Below, in pieces: positions 1 through 10,435 of a stretch of DNA of 64,000 nucleotides. The notes below the pieces were generated by a model. That model saw only the letters and a program-made list of their open reading frames with translations. It was not told the origin of the DNA and made no database searches. This stretch comes from Escherichia phage NiC89: the sequence record LC620505.1; one strand, given 5' to 3'. Position numbers and translations under genes: made by a program. Positions within the stretch are counted from its first letter, which is position 1. Each line of letters opens with the position of its first letter.

Positions 1-528
1 TTCTGGAACTCCTGGAATGTCTTCTAGTGATACATTTTTACGATGTATAAGAATATATGCATACTTTTTATCGTAATCCCAGAGTTCCTTAAGAAGGACG
101 TATCTGCCACCTGAACGACTGCGGATGAGTCTATCAGCAATAAGTTGAATTTGTCGAGCTTGACCGGCGGTTTTAGACTTAAGAATACGAAGCATGCAGG
201 CATCAATTTTATATTGACGCATTGTTTGCATTGCAACAGTAAAAACTGAATTGATATAATTAATTGGGCTTGGACCAAGACCTTTTAATTTAGCAATTGA
301 ACCTTTAGCAGTTAATGTAAAAGGAACAATATGCATCATTTTATCGCCCATCTTTAAATCACGATTAGTATCACCTCCAGATGTATAGGTACATAAACGA
401 AAGCCTGGTTGTTCAATTGCATCATCAACATGAACTGAAAAAATTTGTGGTATTTTCTTCTTTGGATTTAAGTTTGTAATCGGAAGAGTAGTATCTTCGT
501 CAAATAATTCTGTAATAAGTTCCATCAT
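1..528 (-). CDS. alt: ADP-ribosyltransferase Alt, N-terminal part (gene runs off the window start)
   Basis: Minus-strand translation from ATG at 526-528 gives MMELITELFDEDTTLPITNLNPKK..., matching remembered T4 Alt; SD GAGAGG upstream; absent from ORF track because no stop in window. Confidence 0.75.
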   Translation of the reverse strand, partial: MMELITELFDEDTTLPITNLNPKKKIPQIFSVHVDDAIEQPGFRLCTYTSGGDTNRDLKMGDKMMHIVPFTLTAKGSIAKLKGLGPSPINYINSVFTVAMQTMRQYKIDACMLRILKSKTAGQARQIQLIADRLIRSRSGGRYVLLKELWDYDKKYAYILIHRKNVSLEDIPGVPE

Positions 529-548
529 AGCCTCTCTAGTGTTTATTC

Positions 549-556
549 TATTTATA
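549..556 (-). promoter_or_regulatory. late promoter TATAAATA upstream of alt
   Basis: Plus-strand tatttata is the reverse complement of the T4 late promoter box. Confidence 0.6.
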
Positions 557-561
557 AAATT

Positions 562-579
562 AAAGGCCCGAAGGCCTTT
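562..579 (-). promoter_or_regulatory. intercistronic UUCG-tetraloop hairpin
   Basis: AAAGGCC-UUCG-GGCCUUU on minus strand. Confidence 0.4.
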
Positions 580-766
580 AGTAATCTAGTGGTAAGAGAG
601 TACGATATATTTCAAACTTTGGTCCTTTTTCATAGGCATCAAATGTTTCTGTAAATTTATTATAAGCGTATGCATCTACAAATTCGAGAATGACTTGTGA
701 TACAGAAGTAGAAACATCTCCACCTTCTTTTTGAGCAATGACAATTGTTTCTAAGTAAGCTTTCAT
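578..766 (-). CDS. hypothetical small protein (62 aa) between gene 30 and alt
   Basis: ORF track; start overlaps gene 30 stop by 4 nt. Confidence 0.45.
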   Translation of the reverse strand: MKAYLETIVIAQKEGGDVSTSVSQVILEFVDAYAYNKFTETFDAYEKGPKFEIYRTLLPLDY

Positions 767-2226
767 AGACCAGTTACCTCATGAAAATCACCAAATACAT
801 CCTCGAATGTATTAGCTTTAGTTTTATCTTCACGTAAACGAATCGCAATCGGAAGAAATAATTTAACGTAATCAGTGCGGCCGTCAGATTTTAACCAACC
901 ATTGCATTCACATTCTAGAATTTTTCCAATATAATAATTTTGGTTTTCCATAATGCGAGTACGGTCAAGTTCATGTGATTTTACACCGGCTTTATCTTTT
1001 AAGCCTGAACCTGCATTTACTTTAATTTTTCCGCACTCTGATTCAAGAATAAATCCACCCGCTTTAGTAGGGTCTTTACGGTGCGGATAAATTCCTACAA
1101 TTTTTAAATCAACATCAATTACTTCTTTAAATTTATAGAGATTTTTTGAACGAGCATTTTCCCATAATCCATCGATATTTTTGAGAATAATACCTTCAAG
1201 ACCTTGGTCAATATACTTTTTGTAAATTACCTTAGCTTCATCTAGGTTATTTACTACCTGGTTTTCAATTAAAATTACTTTATCATAGCCTGATGTCATT
1301 TGTTCTAGTTTAGAAAAACGTACATCATACTTTAAACGAAATGCAGGAAGACCATATATTTCTACTAATGGAACATAGTCCCAGACCTGAAACTTCATGC
1401 ATTGTGCTTCTTTTTCTGAAATGGTTCCCTTTAAAGATTTATTAGCGATTCCATTAGAAGTAGTACGTGATTCAGCTACTTCGGCGAATTCTTTAGCTTT
1501 ACTAATTTCAGGATAAGCATCAAAAAGAAAATCTAGGCCTTCTGGTTCCTTTTCAACTTGCTCATGGTATACCAATTCGCCATCAATTAACACACCTTCT
1601 GGATGAATCTGGCGAGCTTCTGCAGTCATTTTGATTAACTCTTCCTTGAGAAAATCTAATCCTAGATATTCATTACCAGCTCGTGATAAAAGACGAACAT
1701 CATCTAATTCATCACCTCTGACTTCAGCAAAGCACCGAGCTCCATCAGCTTTTAATTGGGCAAAGGCTGGAAATTTGATATTCTTATTAATGCCTTTTTC
1801 ATCATAAGAACTTGCCAGCATTTGAGGTTGTTCAGGAATTAAACCTGGCCAAACTTTGTTTGCAATAGATACTGATGCACCGCATTCAAGGTCTCGCATC
1901 ATCACCCGACGCAAAACTTCAACATCATCTTTTTTACCGTCAGCAATATATCCAGTTAATTCCTCAATTGCCGCATTTCCGGTCAATTTCCGAGTAGCTA
2001 ACGTGAATTCAATGAAGTCAAGCATATCGGTAAGAGTCAACATTCCAAAACTCTGGGTAGCAATACCAGGTTTAGGCCATTTCTTGATATAATACTGTAA
2101 CCCACGGGAATAAGTCAGACGATATACTCGTTTAAGCAATTCATTATCTTTATTCTTTTCAAGAATTGCTTGCTTCTGCTTAGTTGAACCAATAGATGCT
2201 ATTTCGTTCAGAATTTTAAGAATCAT
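763..2226 (-). CDS. 30: ATP-dependent DNA ligase (gp30)
   Basis: 487 aa, MILKILNEIASIGSTKQKQAIL... matches T4 DNA ligase sequence and length. Confidence 0.95.
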   Translation of the reverse strand: MILKILNEIASIGSTKQKQAILEKNKDNELLKRVYRLTYSRGLQYYIKKWPKPGIATQSFGMLTLTDMLDFIEFTLATRKLTGNAAIEELTGYIADGKKDDVEVLRRVMMRDLECGASVSIANKVWPGLIPEQPQMLASSYDEKGINKNIKFPAFAQLKADGARCFAEVRGDELDDVRLLSRAGNEYLGLDFLKEELIKMTAEARQIHPEGVLIDGELVYHEQVEKEPEGLDFLFDAYPEISKAKEFAEVAESRTTSNGIANKSLKGTISEKEAQCMKFQVWDYVPLVEIYGLPAFRLKYDVRFSKLEQMTSGYDKVILIENQVVNNLDEAKVIYKKYIDQGLEGIILKNIDGLWENARSKNLYKFKEVIDVDLKIVGIYPHRKDPTKAGGFILESECGKIKVNAGSGLKDKAGVKSHELDRTRIMENQNYYIGKILECECNGWLKSDGRTDYVKLFLPIAIRLREDKTKANTFEDVFGDFHEVTGL

Positions 2227-2492
2227 TGTTCATCCTTTAGAGTTTGGTTTACAGCTCTATTATAAATCAATTCATCATTAAGCTCAGTCAAAGACCTGTG
2301 ATACGTGGTTCTAACTTTATTTCCTTGCATCCAGTGCTTGACGTAAATGAAACCTTGCTCTACACATTTTTTAAAAATTCGTTCGTCTTTTTGAGCTCGG
2401 AATTCTGGATTGCATCTAAAAAATTGATTTACGTGACCGTAATCACGTGTAGTATTACCTTCATTTTCATAAATAGTGTGAACGACAAACAT
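2223..2492 (-). CDS. hypothetical protein (89 aa)
   Basis: ORF track; stop/start overlap with neighbours. Confidence 0.55.
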   Translation of the reverse strand: MFVVHTIYENEGNTTRDYGHVNQFFRCNPEFRAQKDERIFKKCVEQGFIYVKHWMQGNKVRTTYHRSLTELNDELIYNRAVNQTLKDEQ

Positions 2493-3328
2493 TAGAATGC
2501 TCCTTGGAAAATATTATCACCACTAATAGGTCTATTATACAAATACTCTATGCCACCGGGTTTAATATAGTTCCATGTCTGAAACGGATGCGTCTGATAT
2601 GGATGATATAGATTATAAGGATTAAATCCAGGAGTTCTCCAGGTAGTGTTCCAAGGAAAAGAATCGTTTTTAATCATCTTTTCAATTACATCTTTTATAG
2701 CTTTTTCACTATCAAAACTTTCTTTATTTTCCTTCGATGGAAAAAGCTTATTCTCTACATCATTCCATGTATAAACTCGCTGAGCGGTTTTTGGAATACT
2801 GTCACGCTCCCCTCGAGCCATCCAATAAACAGGAACATTTAATATTTCACTCGCGTGATCGCAGTGGTGAGCGAGATCGTCAATATAACAAATTACGTTA
2901 TATTTCTCTTTTGCCTTTTTGAACAACTCTTCTTTTGAAGAATCATGACCACACATCAATACTTCTGAGAAGGCACCAGGAAAAAGAGCATTCAAATTAA
3001 ATTGACGATTCAGCAGAGCATCAATAGAATCACCCAATGCTGTAACAGCTACAAAATTATAATCTTCTTTTAATTTGTTAATTACACATAGAGCATCTTT
3101 ATATGGAGACAAATAACGAATAAAATCTGAACGATTATACTTTTCGATTAATTTAACACCAAGTTCTTCATCGCAATTAAAGAGCTTACCAGGAGAAATA
3201 AATTTTTCGTCCTGAATCATTTTTAAAATATGTTCCAACGGAAGATTATATTTTTGGGCAAAATAAGGAAGGCCCGATTGCCAGCTTAAACACACCCCGT
3301 CAATATCAGTCAAAATAGTAGGCTTCAT
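2492..3328 (-). CDS. HAD-superfamily-like hydrolase (278 aa)
   Basis: N-terminal ILTDIDGV motif (HAD motif I DxDG); compact operon context. Confidence 0.55.
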   Translation of the reverse strand: MKPTILTDIDGVCLSWQSGLPYFAQKYNLPLEHILKMIQDEKFISPGKLFNCDEELGVKLIEKYNRSDFIRYLSPYKDALCVINKLKEDYNFVAVTALGDSIDALLNRQFNLNALFPGAFSEVLMCGHDSSKEELFKKAKEKYNVICYIDDLAHHCDHASEILNVPVYWMARGERDSIPKTAQRVYTWNDVENKLFPSKENKESFDSEKAIKDVIEKMIKNDSFPWNTTWRTPGFNPYNLYHPYQTHPFQTWNYIKPGGIEYLYNRPISGDNIFQGAF

Positions 3329-3789
3329 AGAGAGTCTCTTAATAGGTTTAACACATCAATAAATTCAGCTTCGGTTAGTATTGTATCATCTTTTGTTAGA
3401 CTACTAGCCATGCTGTGCTTCAAAACTTTTCCTTTCGAGGCTAGTAATGCATCACGAAAGCCCTTGTTTTGAATCGCTGCCTCAAAATACGCATTTGTGT
3501 ATAATTCTTTCCACGCTGGGGAGTATCTTGAAAATGGAACTCCAAGCCAGAAGAGGGTTCCGCGGTCCTGAGCTCTTGCATAAGACCTTCCAGCTTGTTG
3601 GGCGGCAAGCCCGGATAACCCAAATATACGACGTTGTTGTTCAACATTTTTCACCTTGCATCCTTGGAGGAATCCTTCAAGACCTCCAAATTGAATACCA
3701 TCCATAACGAAAGGCCAATGGGCGAAATTACTTAACGCACATGATGGCCACCTAAAATTACTTCTAATCTCTAACTCAGACATTTTCAA
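3325..3789 (-). CDS. YbiA/DUF1768-like protein (154 aa)
   Basis: LSNFAHWPF-type motif; locally GC-richer than surroundings. Confidence 0.5.
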   Translation of the reverse strand: MKMSELEIRSNFRWPSCALSNFAHWPFVMDGIQFGGLEGFLQGCKVKNVEQQRRIFGLSGLAAQQAGRSYARAQDRGTLFWLGVPFSRYSPAWKELYTNAYFEAAIQNKGFRDALLASKGKVLKHSMASSLTKDDTILTEAEFIDVLNLLRDSL

Positions 3790-3982
3790 TGCTTATAATT
3801 TCAACATCAGCCCAATGACCATAGTTTGGTAGACGAAATTCAACTGGCCAGTCACTGCCTTTTTCTAATATAATAGACTCAACTTGCGGTTCTTCGTGTT
3901 CATCAGTATACGGATTTTTATCTGTTACTTTATATGTGACCTTAATGTACTGAATTCCAAAAATCTTATTAATTATATTCAT
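3776..3982 (-). CDS. hypothetical protein (68 aa)
   Basis: ORF track, overlapping stop/start. Confidence 0.45.
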   Translation of the reverse strand: MNIINKIFGIQYIKVTYKVTDKNPYTDEHEEPQVESIILEKGSDWPVEFRLPNYGHWADVEIISIENV

Positions 3983-4176
3983 ACTAATTCCTTTAATCCG
4001 TAAATAGGAGATAATTCATCACCCATACGAAGGTCTTCATTTCCATCTACCCAGGAAACAATATAAGCCTCTTTTATTTGAACACCACTCCATTTAAATG
4101 GAGGTAGAACCTTAGAAATTAATCCAGGTATACCAACTCCCTTTAATTCAACAGTTTGACCTAAAAAGAATTTCAT
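3979..4176 (-). CDS. hypothetical protein (65 aa)
   Basis: ORF track, overlapping stop/start. Confidence 0.45.
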   Translation of the reverse strand: MKFFLGQTVELKGVGIPGLISKVLPPFKWSGVQIKEAYIVSWVDGNEDLRMGDELSPIYGLKELV

Positions 4177-4463
4177 CAGAACCTCATCTGAAAGCCGTGT
4201 GATTTAACATTACCGCCATTAATATCAGAACTATTAATTTCACGTGCAATTGAGGGATCAATGTCAATTTCGCCATTAAGTTTAATGATAGACAAAGTAT
4301 CACGCCCATTTACTGTGCGGAACTCTAAAGGACAAACCACATCAACGTAGTTTTTAATCGATTCGCTAGTAGGTTGCAAATGTGCAGGAAGGTCTTTAGG
4401 CGCCTTTGAGAAAACTACTTCACAGAAATTTTTGCGGGTATCAAAATAAGTAGTCATAAACAT
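4176..4463 (-). CDS. hypothetical protein (about 95 aa)
   Basis: Track ORF trimmed to ATG at 4463 (MFMTTYFD) with SD GAGGAAAATACT; track N-terminal extension reads through an upstream hairpin. Confidence 0.5.
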   Translation of the reverse strand: MFMTTYFDTRKNFCEVVFSKAPKDLPAHLQPTSESIKNYVDVVCPLEFRTVNGRDTLSIIKLNGEIDIDPSIAREINSSDINGGNVKSHGFQMRF

Positions 4464-4480
4464 AGTATTTTCCTCAGTAA

Positions 4481-4494
4481 GGGGCCGAAGCCCC
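4481..4494 (-). promoter_or_regulatory. intercistronic UUCG-tetraloop hairpin
   Basis: GGGGC-UUCG-GCCCC on minus strand. Confidence 0.4.
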
Positions 4495-4503
4495 TGTTTT
4501 ATT

Positions 4504-4869
4504 TTAAATATCAAATTCGTTAAGAACTACATCAAAGATTGCTTCAAGATGGTCAGGTTTAGCTCTGTTACTCAGAATATGACGAATCCAAGTTTTAACC
4601 AAAAGCTTGCGATTAACGCCATTCCAGCAAGGATGAGTCCCTAAATCGCGTTGACGGAAATCATCATCCAGAGCGATTTTGAAGTTTGAACCTTCCATTG
4701 TGATTGAAACCGTGATGCCATTTTCAAATCGCATATAAACGTAGTTAGGAGTCATATACTGTTCAATTTCGCATACTGATCCATTTTGATGTTTCCAAAG
4801 GCAAATAGTATCAATAGAACCTACAATACCATTAGAAACATATTTACGTTCAAAGTTGATGTAGTTCAT
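4504..4869 (-). CDS. hypothetical protein (121 aa)
   Basis: ORF track; early-promoter-like element upstream. Confidence 0.5.
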   Translation of the reverse strand: MNYINFERKYVSNGIVGSIDTICLWKHQNGSVCEIEQYMTPNYVYMRFENGITVSITMEGSNFKIALDDDFRQRDLGTHPCWNGVNRKLLVKTWIRHILSNRAKPDHLEAIFDVVLNEFDI

Positions 4870-4904
4870 TTTTATTCTCCGAGATGTTTAATTGCGGTAC
4901 AGGT

Positions 4905-4935
4905 ATATAATATCATATCCTGTACCAAAGTAAAC
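4905..4935 (-). promoter_or_regulatory. early-promoter-like element (GTTTAC -35, TATTAT -10)
   Basis: Minus strand GTTTAC at 4930-4935, about 17 nt spacer, TATTATA. Confidence 0.5.
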
Positions 4936-4937
4936 AA

Positions 4938-5270
4938 TTATTTTACTACTTTCCAATGTTGCATGTCAAGTTTACCAACTTTTTTCATCTTCTCAATTAA
5001 GCGTTCTGCACGTTGGCGAGCTGTAACATAATGCCATTCACCTAATTCATTTTGTTCAATTTTTCCAACGATTACTGTATTCAATTCATAAATCCAACCA
5101 GTAAAGAAATTATGAACTTGAATTGTAAAGGTGAAATCTGTTCCCATACCTTCTGTTGTTTCTACTTCAATAATATCACCTTCAACTGCCATTAAGAACC
5201 ACATAGTTTCATCATATTTACCGTTGAAGCATTTAGTTTTAACTGCAGCGTTCAGATTAATTGTTTTCAT
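4938..5270 (-). CDS. hypothetical protein (110 aa)
   Basis: ORF track; SD AAGGAG; promoter-like element upstream. Confidence 0.5.
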   Translation of the reverse strand: MKTINLNAAVKTKCFNGKYDETMWFLMAVEGDIIEVETTEGMGTDFTFTIQVHNFFTGWIYELNTVIVGKIEQNELGEWHYVTARQRAERLIEKMKKVGKLDMQHWKVVK

Positions 5271-5295
5271 TTTATTCTCCTTTGTTTGTGTAAGA

Positions 5296-5327
5296 TAATA
5301 CTATCACAAAGGAACCATACTGTAAAC
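5296..5327 (-). promoter_or_regulatory. early-promoter-like element
   Basis: Minus strand GTTTAC at 5322-5327, TA-rich -10 about 18 nt downstream; follows a terminator. Confidence 0.45.
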
Positions 5328-5349
5328 AACTTTGTGCAATCTTTGGAAA

Positions 5350-5376
5350 ATAAAAAAGGACTCCCGAAGGAGTCCT
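5350..5376 (-). terminator. rho-independent terminator after the small basic-protein gene
   Basis: Minus strand GGACUCC-UUCG-GGAGUCC hairpin followed by U6. Confidence 0.65.
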
Positions 5377-5380
5377 CAAC

Positions 5381-5557
5381 TTATGCTTTCTGCTTACCAA
5401 AACGAGAAGCATCATCTCGAAGAACCGCACGTGCTCGGCGCATGATCTTCTCAACAGTTTGATTGATACGAGAGTTCGACCCACGCTTGTAGCCAGCGCG
5501 TTTAGAATCACCAACTTTCTTTTCAACTGCTTTCTTTGCTTTAGCTTGTTTTGCCAT
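5381..5557 (-). CDS. small highly basic protein (about 58 aa, MAKQAKAKK...)
   Basis: Lys/Arg-rich ORF followed by a hairpin+U-run terminator; start ambiguous (track start 5599). Confidence 0.45.
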   Translation of the reverse strand: MAKQAKAKKAVEKKVGDSKRAGYKRGSNSRINQTVEKIMRRARAVLRDDASRFGKQKA

Positions 5558-5800
5558 TATAAATTCTCTTTTAAATGAAAATGCAGGACTTATTGGCATT
5601 GCCTGCGCAAGCCCTCAAGGGGAACATAGGTTTTGGATATTTAACGACAGGATAACCATAAACCCGTCATCATTCACATTCAAGAGGTACACCATAAAAC
5701 TGCCGGGGTCTTAAAACTATAATGATTCGCAAATCATTAATCAGACAGTTCGATGGCTCCTCGATTTTAGCTCACACTAAGGCAGTGAATCTCCAATAAA

Positions 5801-6049
5801 TTACTTCAGTGTTACCACAAAGTGACGAACTGCTTTTCGTGCAGCAGAAGCCAGAGGCTTAGCATACTTAAGTTCATCTTTTTCCTGAAGCTCAGCAGCT
5901 AATGCAGTTTGAGCAGGATTCAGATGTTTGAAATAACGCAGGATTTCAAGAGCTTCGGCTTCAACATCAATAGATGCGCCATAGTTTTCGTGACCATTAT
6001 TCCATGCGTTTCGTTGCAGTTCAAGAGCGTGTTGTAATTGTTTAATCAT
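5801..6049 (-). CDS. rIII: rIII lysis-inhibition accessory protein
   Basis: 82 aa, MIKQLQHALELQRNAWNNGHENYG..., matches T4 rIII sequence and length. Confidence 0.9.
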   Translation of the reverse strand: MIKQLQHALELQRNAWNNGHENYGASIDVEAEALEILRYFKHLNPAQTALAAELQEKDELKYAKPLASAARKAVRHFVVTLK

Positions 6050-6188
6050 TTAAAAATTCTCGTTAGAGATTAAAACTCGGTAGTCACGTTCTTCTGAATT
6101 TCATCTTCTTTCGACAGATCTCTCAGTTGTAGACTACCACATAGAATTGTTCGGTTAACTTATTATTCCGACACCCAATTCATATTAT

Positions 6189-6196
6189 TATTTATA
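6189..6196 (-). promoter_or_regulatory. late promoter TATAAATA upstream of rIII
   Basis: Exact TATAAATA on minus strand; rIII has a late promoter in T4. Confidence 0.6.
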
Positions 6197-6532
6197 TCAC
6201 TTATAAAGACACGGAATAGCTTTATAGTGACAAGTAACGAATTTTTGTTTAATTTCTTTTGGCTGCTTAAGACCCAGAGCTACAAAAGGATGCGGAACAT
6301 TTCGAATTTGACCAACTGGAAGAGAAGTCAAATCACCAACTTCGCAGAAACCTTCAGGAACATCAGGACCGACAGAGTGAACTACACACAGTTCAGGAAC
6401 TTCACCTTGAACACGTTTACCGATAATGAGTCCTGATTCTGTAACTTCTTCATCACCAGCCTGTGCAGGTTCAGAAACTAAAATAACATATTCACCGACA
6501 GCACGAATTGGCAGCTGTTGTACTTCAGACAT
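6197..6532 (-). CDS. 31: gp31 co-chaperonin (GroES-like)
   Basis: 111 aa, [19 protein letters not shown]..., matches T4 gp31. Confidence 0.9.
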
Positions 6533-6588
6533 CGTTTTTCCTTTTTGTTAGCAGATGAATTAATAATAACAAATAATTCTTAAAGCAT

Positions 6589-6897
6589 TTATTTACCAAT
6601 AAATTGAAGCAAATGCTCAACTTTCATACCATTAACGGAAATCAATTTGTCAATAGAAAAACCTCGCCATGCACCAAGCTCAACATCAAATACTGGAATC
6701 ATATCAGTAGATTCTTTCCGAGTAGATTCAGTCAATTTACCGGTTTGCATGGTTGGCATAAAGTCTGCATCACGAGTACCTTTCATAGTACGAATAGTAC
6801 CATCAGACTTTTCAAAAACTACGTTTGAAACACCCATGGACAGTTTAGTTTTCAAAATTTCACGAATTGATACTTTCTGCTCAGTTGTCAGTTTCAT
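6589..6897 (-). CDS. hypothetical protein (102 aa)
   Basis: ORF track; position between 31 and cd. Confidence 0.5.
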   Translation of the reverse strand: MKLTTEQKVSIREILKTKLSMGVSNVVFEKSDGTIRTMKGTRDADFMPTMQTGKLTESTRKESTDMIPVFDVELGAWRGFSIDKLISVNGMKVEHLLQFIGK

Positions 6898-7134
6898 TTA
6901 TTTACCTATTACAGTTTTAATATGAGTTGTTCCACGTTCTTTAAGGGTGGAAAGTAATTTTTGGCATTTTTCTAAATCAGATTTCCAGCTATATGGTCTA
7001 TCAATACAAACCCAATTTGTCTTATAATACTGTTTCCATTTAGAGAAAAAATATTTCTTATACTCTACAGCAAATGAAATGTTCTCATTAGAATAAGAAC
7101 TAATTGCTGTGAGTTGTACCAAACGAAATTTCAT
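6898..7134 (-). CDS. hypothetical protein (78 aa)
   Basis: ORF track. Confidence 0.45.
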   Translation of the reverse strand: MKFRLVQLTAISSYSNENISFAVEYKKYFFSKWKQYYKTNWVCIDRPYSWKSDLEKCQKLLSTLKERGTTHIKTVIGK

Positions 7135-7715
7135 TATTCACCACAGAATTCGTTGATATTTTCCCAATTTAACTTATTCAAGTTTTTCTTAGGAACATTA
7201 AACACTTCAATACCTGCATTTCGCAGAATATCATCCCAGCCAGGTTTATTCTTATCGTATGTTTCACAATAAACTAGCTTTTTAATACCAGATTGAGCTA
7301 TCGCTTTTGCGCAATCCGGACAAGGAGAAAGTGTTACATACATAGTAGCACCTTCAATAGAAGAACCATTTCGTGCAGCAAACAAAATTGCATTTAGTTC
7401 AGCATGAATTTCATTTTTAGATGACCATTCCGAGTGAGCACTACGATGTTCTTTCGCCAAGATAAAACGATCAGTTGAACCAAATGATACGCATTCAGGC
7501 TTATGGCCTTGAATGATAGTATGTTTAGGCTTATTCAACAACCATCCTTGCTCAGCAGCATAATCACAACAGTTCACACCACCTGCCGGAGAACCATTAT
7601 ATCCGGTAGAAATAATACGTCCATTCTTTTCAATTACTGCTCCTACCTTCCAGGAGCAACATTTGGATTCTTGTGATACTAAATATGCAATTTGAAGTAC
7701 TGTACTCGCTTTCAT
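7134..7715 (-). CDS. cd: dCMP deaminase
   Basis: 193 aa; zinc-binding HAELNAI and SPCPDCAKAI motifs; matches T4 Cd. Confidence 0.9.
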   Translation of the reverse strand: MKASTVLQIAYLVSQESKCCSWKVGAVIEKNGRIISTGYNGSPAGGVNCCDYAAEQGWLLNKPKHTIIQGHKPECVSFGSTDRFILAKEHRSAHSEWSSKNEIHAELNAILFAARNGSSIEGATMYVTLSPCPDCAKAIAQSGIKKLVYCETYDKNKPGWDDILRNAGIEVFNVPKKNLNKLNWENINEFCGE

Positions 7716-8050
7716 TTCATAATCACCAGATAAGCAGATTTAGCAGTTTCAACACGATAAATTTCATGACGAAGTTTAGTTATACTTTTAATAACAGAAC
7801 TAATTATATTCTGCCCATCTTTAAAGCGGTTTTTCTTATCAATAAAAATTGCACCAACCATCTTTTTGTGAAGCTCAACTGGATACTTCGTCACAATAAT
7901 AGCATCATACACAGAAGGATGAATACTATTCACTAGAGTATCGTTCATTAAAGTTATTCTAATGAACTGTGCTGTTTCAGAATCAAGCGCTCTATGATCG
8001 CCAGTATCATTTTCAAGACAATTATCAATTATATCAGTTAAATTCATCAT
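7712..8050 (-). CDS. hypothetical protein (112 aa)
   Basis: ORF track. Confidence 0.5.
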   Translation of the reverse strand: MMNLTDIIDNCLENDTGDHRALDSETAQFIRITLMNDTLVNSIHPSVYDAIIVTKYPVELHKKMVGAIFIDKKNRFKDGQNIISSVIKSITKLRHEIYRVETAKSAYLVIMK

Positions 8051-8283
8051 AGTACGCCATACACCCTTTGTGCTTCAACTAATCCATCAAAATCCAATTT
8101 GAGATGTGTTATTTGGTCACCATCACATGGATTCACAATTACTAATACTGAACGAGGAGTTTCGGTAATAACACGAACCGATGTTTCAGGAAATCGTTCA
8201 GAAACCTTATTTACCAATTCCTGAGCAAATAGTTTAACTTTTTCTTGAAATTCTTTAACAGTAATTGGTTTTTCACTTAGCAT
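8047..8283 (-). CDS. hypothetical protein (78 aa)
   Basis: ORF track; promoter-like element upstream. Confidence 0.5.
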   Translation of the reverse strand: MLSEKPITVKEFQEKVKLFAQELVNKVSERFPETSVRVITETPRSVLVIVNPCDGDQITHLKLDFDGLVEAQRVYGVL

Positions 8284-8311
8284 TTCAATTTCCTCATTTA
8301 TTTTGGTAGAG

Positions 8312-8343
8312 CTATAATATCACAACTCTACCGTAAAGTAAAC
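8312..8343 (-). promoter_or_regulatory. early-promoter-like element
   Basis: GTTTAC 8338-8343, 17 nt, ATATTATAG. Confidence 0.5.
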
Positions 8344-8345
8344 TA

Positions 8346-8651
8346 TTAAATTGCTTTGAATTCTGATGTCTGCGATTCAAAACGAATATCGCCTTTGATG
8401 ACTAGCTCAGCATCAAGACCGAATACGACAATGATATGCGCGGAACCTGGATACAGCGTAATGGCGATAGAATCAACCTGGTCTGGAAGCAAAGTGTTCA
8501 ATACATGAGTCACTTGAGCATGAATTCGAAGCTCAGCTGCGTTATCAAGCTTTTCAAACATATTATTAGCTATAATTTGACTAAACACTACTTCTACGAT
8601 TTTAGAATAAGTTGGAAACATATTTACCTCACATAATTTTCTTCGAGCCAA
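8346..8651 (-). CDS. hypothetical protein (101 aa)
   Basis: ORF track. Confidence 0.45.
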   Translation of the reverse strand: MARRKLCEVNMFPTYSKIVEVVFSQIIANNMFEKLDNAAELRIHAQVTHVLNTLLPDQVDSIAITLYPGSAHIIVVFGLDAELVIKGDIRFESQTSEFKAI

Positions 8652-8685
8652 TTAATAATAGTCCAAGTTTCATGGTGACAAGCCA

Positions 8686-9911
<1,226 letters not shown>

Positions 9912-9914
9912 TTA

Positions 9915-10139
9915 TTATTTCTCAACCAATGATTGAATATAATCATGCAGGTCTTTAGATGCTTTACCCCACTTATTTTGATATTCATTTTTAAGATTAG
10001 CACGAGATTGAGCTAATAAAACATCATTAGTTGGAGGTAAAGATTCTAACCGCTGAATCTGGCGTCCGTAAATCATTGCAGCCATCTCGGATTCATAAAT
10101 CAATCCTTTGAGATGTTCAAATTGATGCCATGAAATCAT
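9915..10139 (-). CDS. hypothetical protein (74 aa)
   Basis: ORF track. Confidence 0.45.
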   Translation of the reverse strand: MISWHQFEHLKGLIYESEMAAMIYGRQIQRLESLPPTNDVLLAQSRANLKNEYQNKWGKASKDLHDYIQSLVEK

Positions 10140-10435
10140 TTACATTTATCCTCTTTTAGCTCTTGACGATAATAACATATCATAGTTTTCTGATCATGTA
10201 CATATCGTTTTACATCATTAAGCCAAATACGAAATTCCTGGGAATCTTCGAATGGCATACCGACCCAAGCTTTACCATCAATAACTTTAACTTGCCAAGA
10301 TAGTTTAGCTTCGTCATATGACTTTATTTGCACAGGCCAATTAGGATGAACTGTTTCTTTCTTTACTTCTAGAGGCTTTGTCGAACAACCAACTAGAAGA
10401 CCAATAGATAATATTACTGCAGATAATTTAATCAT
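10136..10435 (-). CDS. putative lipoprotein (99 aa)
   Basis: Signal peptide with lipobox LLVGCS. Confidence 0.5.
   Translation of the reverse strand: MIKLSAVILSIGLLVGCSTKPLEVKKETVHPNWPVQIKSYDEAKLSWQVKVIDGKAWVGMPFEDSQEFRIWLNDVKRYVHDQKTMICYYRQELKEDKCK

Noticed and set aside
24-278. 84-aa minus-strand ORF in the track
   Set aside because: Lies in another frame over the alt coding region; sequence is low-complexity and has no RBS; alt reading frame explains the region.
1856-2495. Plus-strand ORFs 1856..2092 and 2244..2495
   Set aside because: Antisense to DNA ligase and the adjacent gene; no SD; typical shadow ORFs in AT-rich DNA.
5700-5770. Possible tRNA in the rIII-proximal non-coding interval (GTTCGAT resembles a T-loop)
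   Set aside because: Flanking sequence does not form a T-stem or acceptor stem; no cloverleaf could be drawn by hand.
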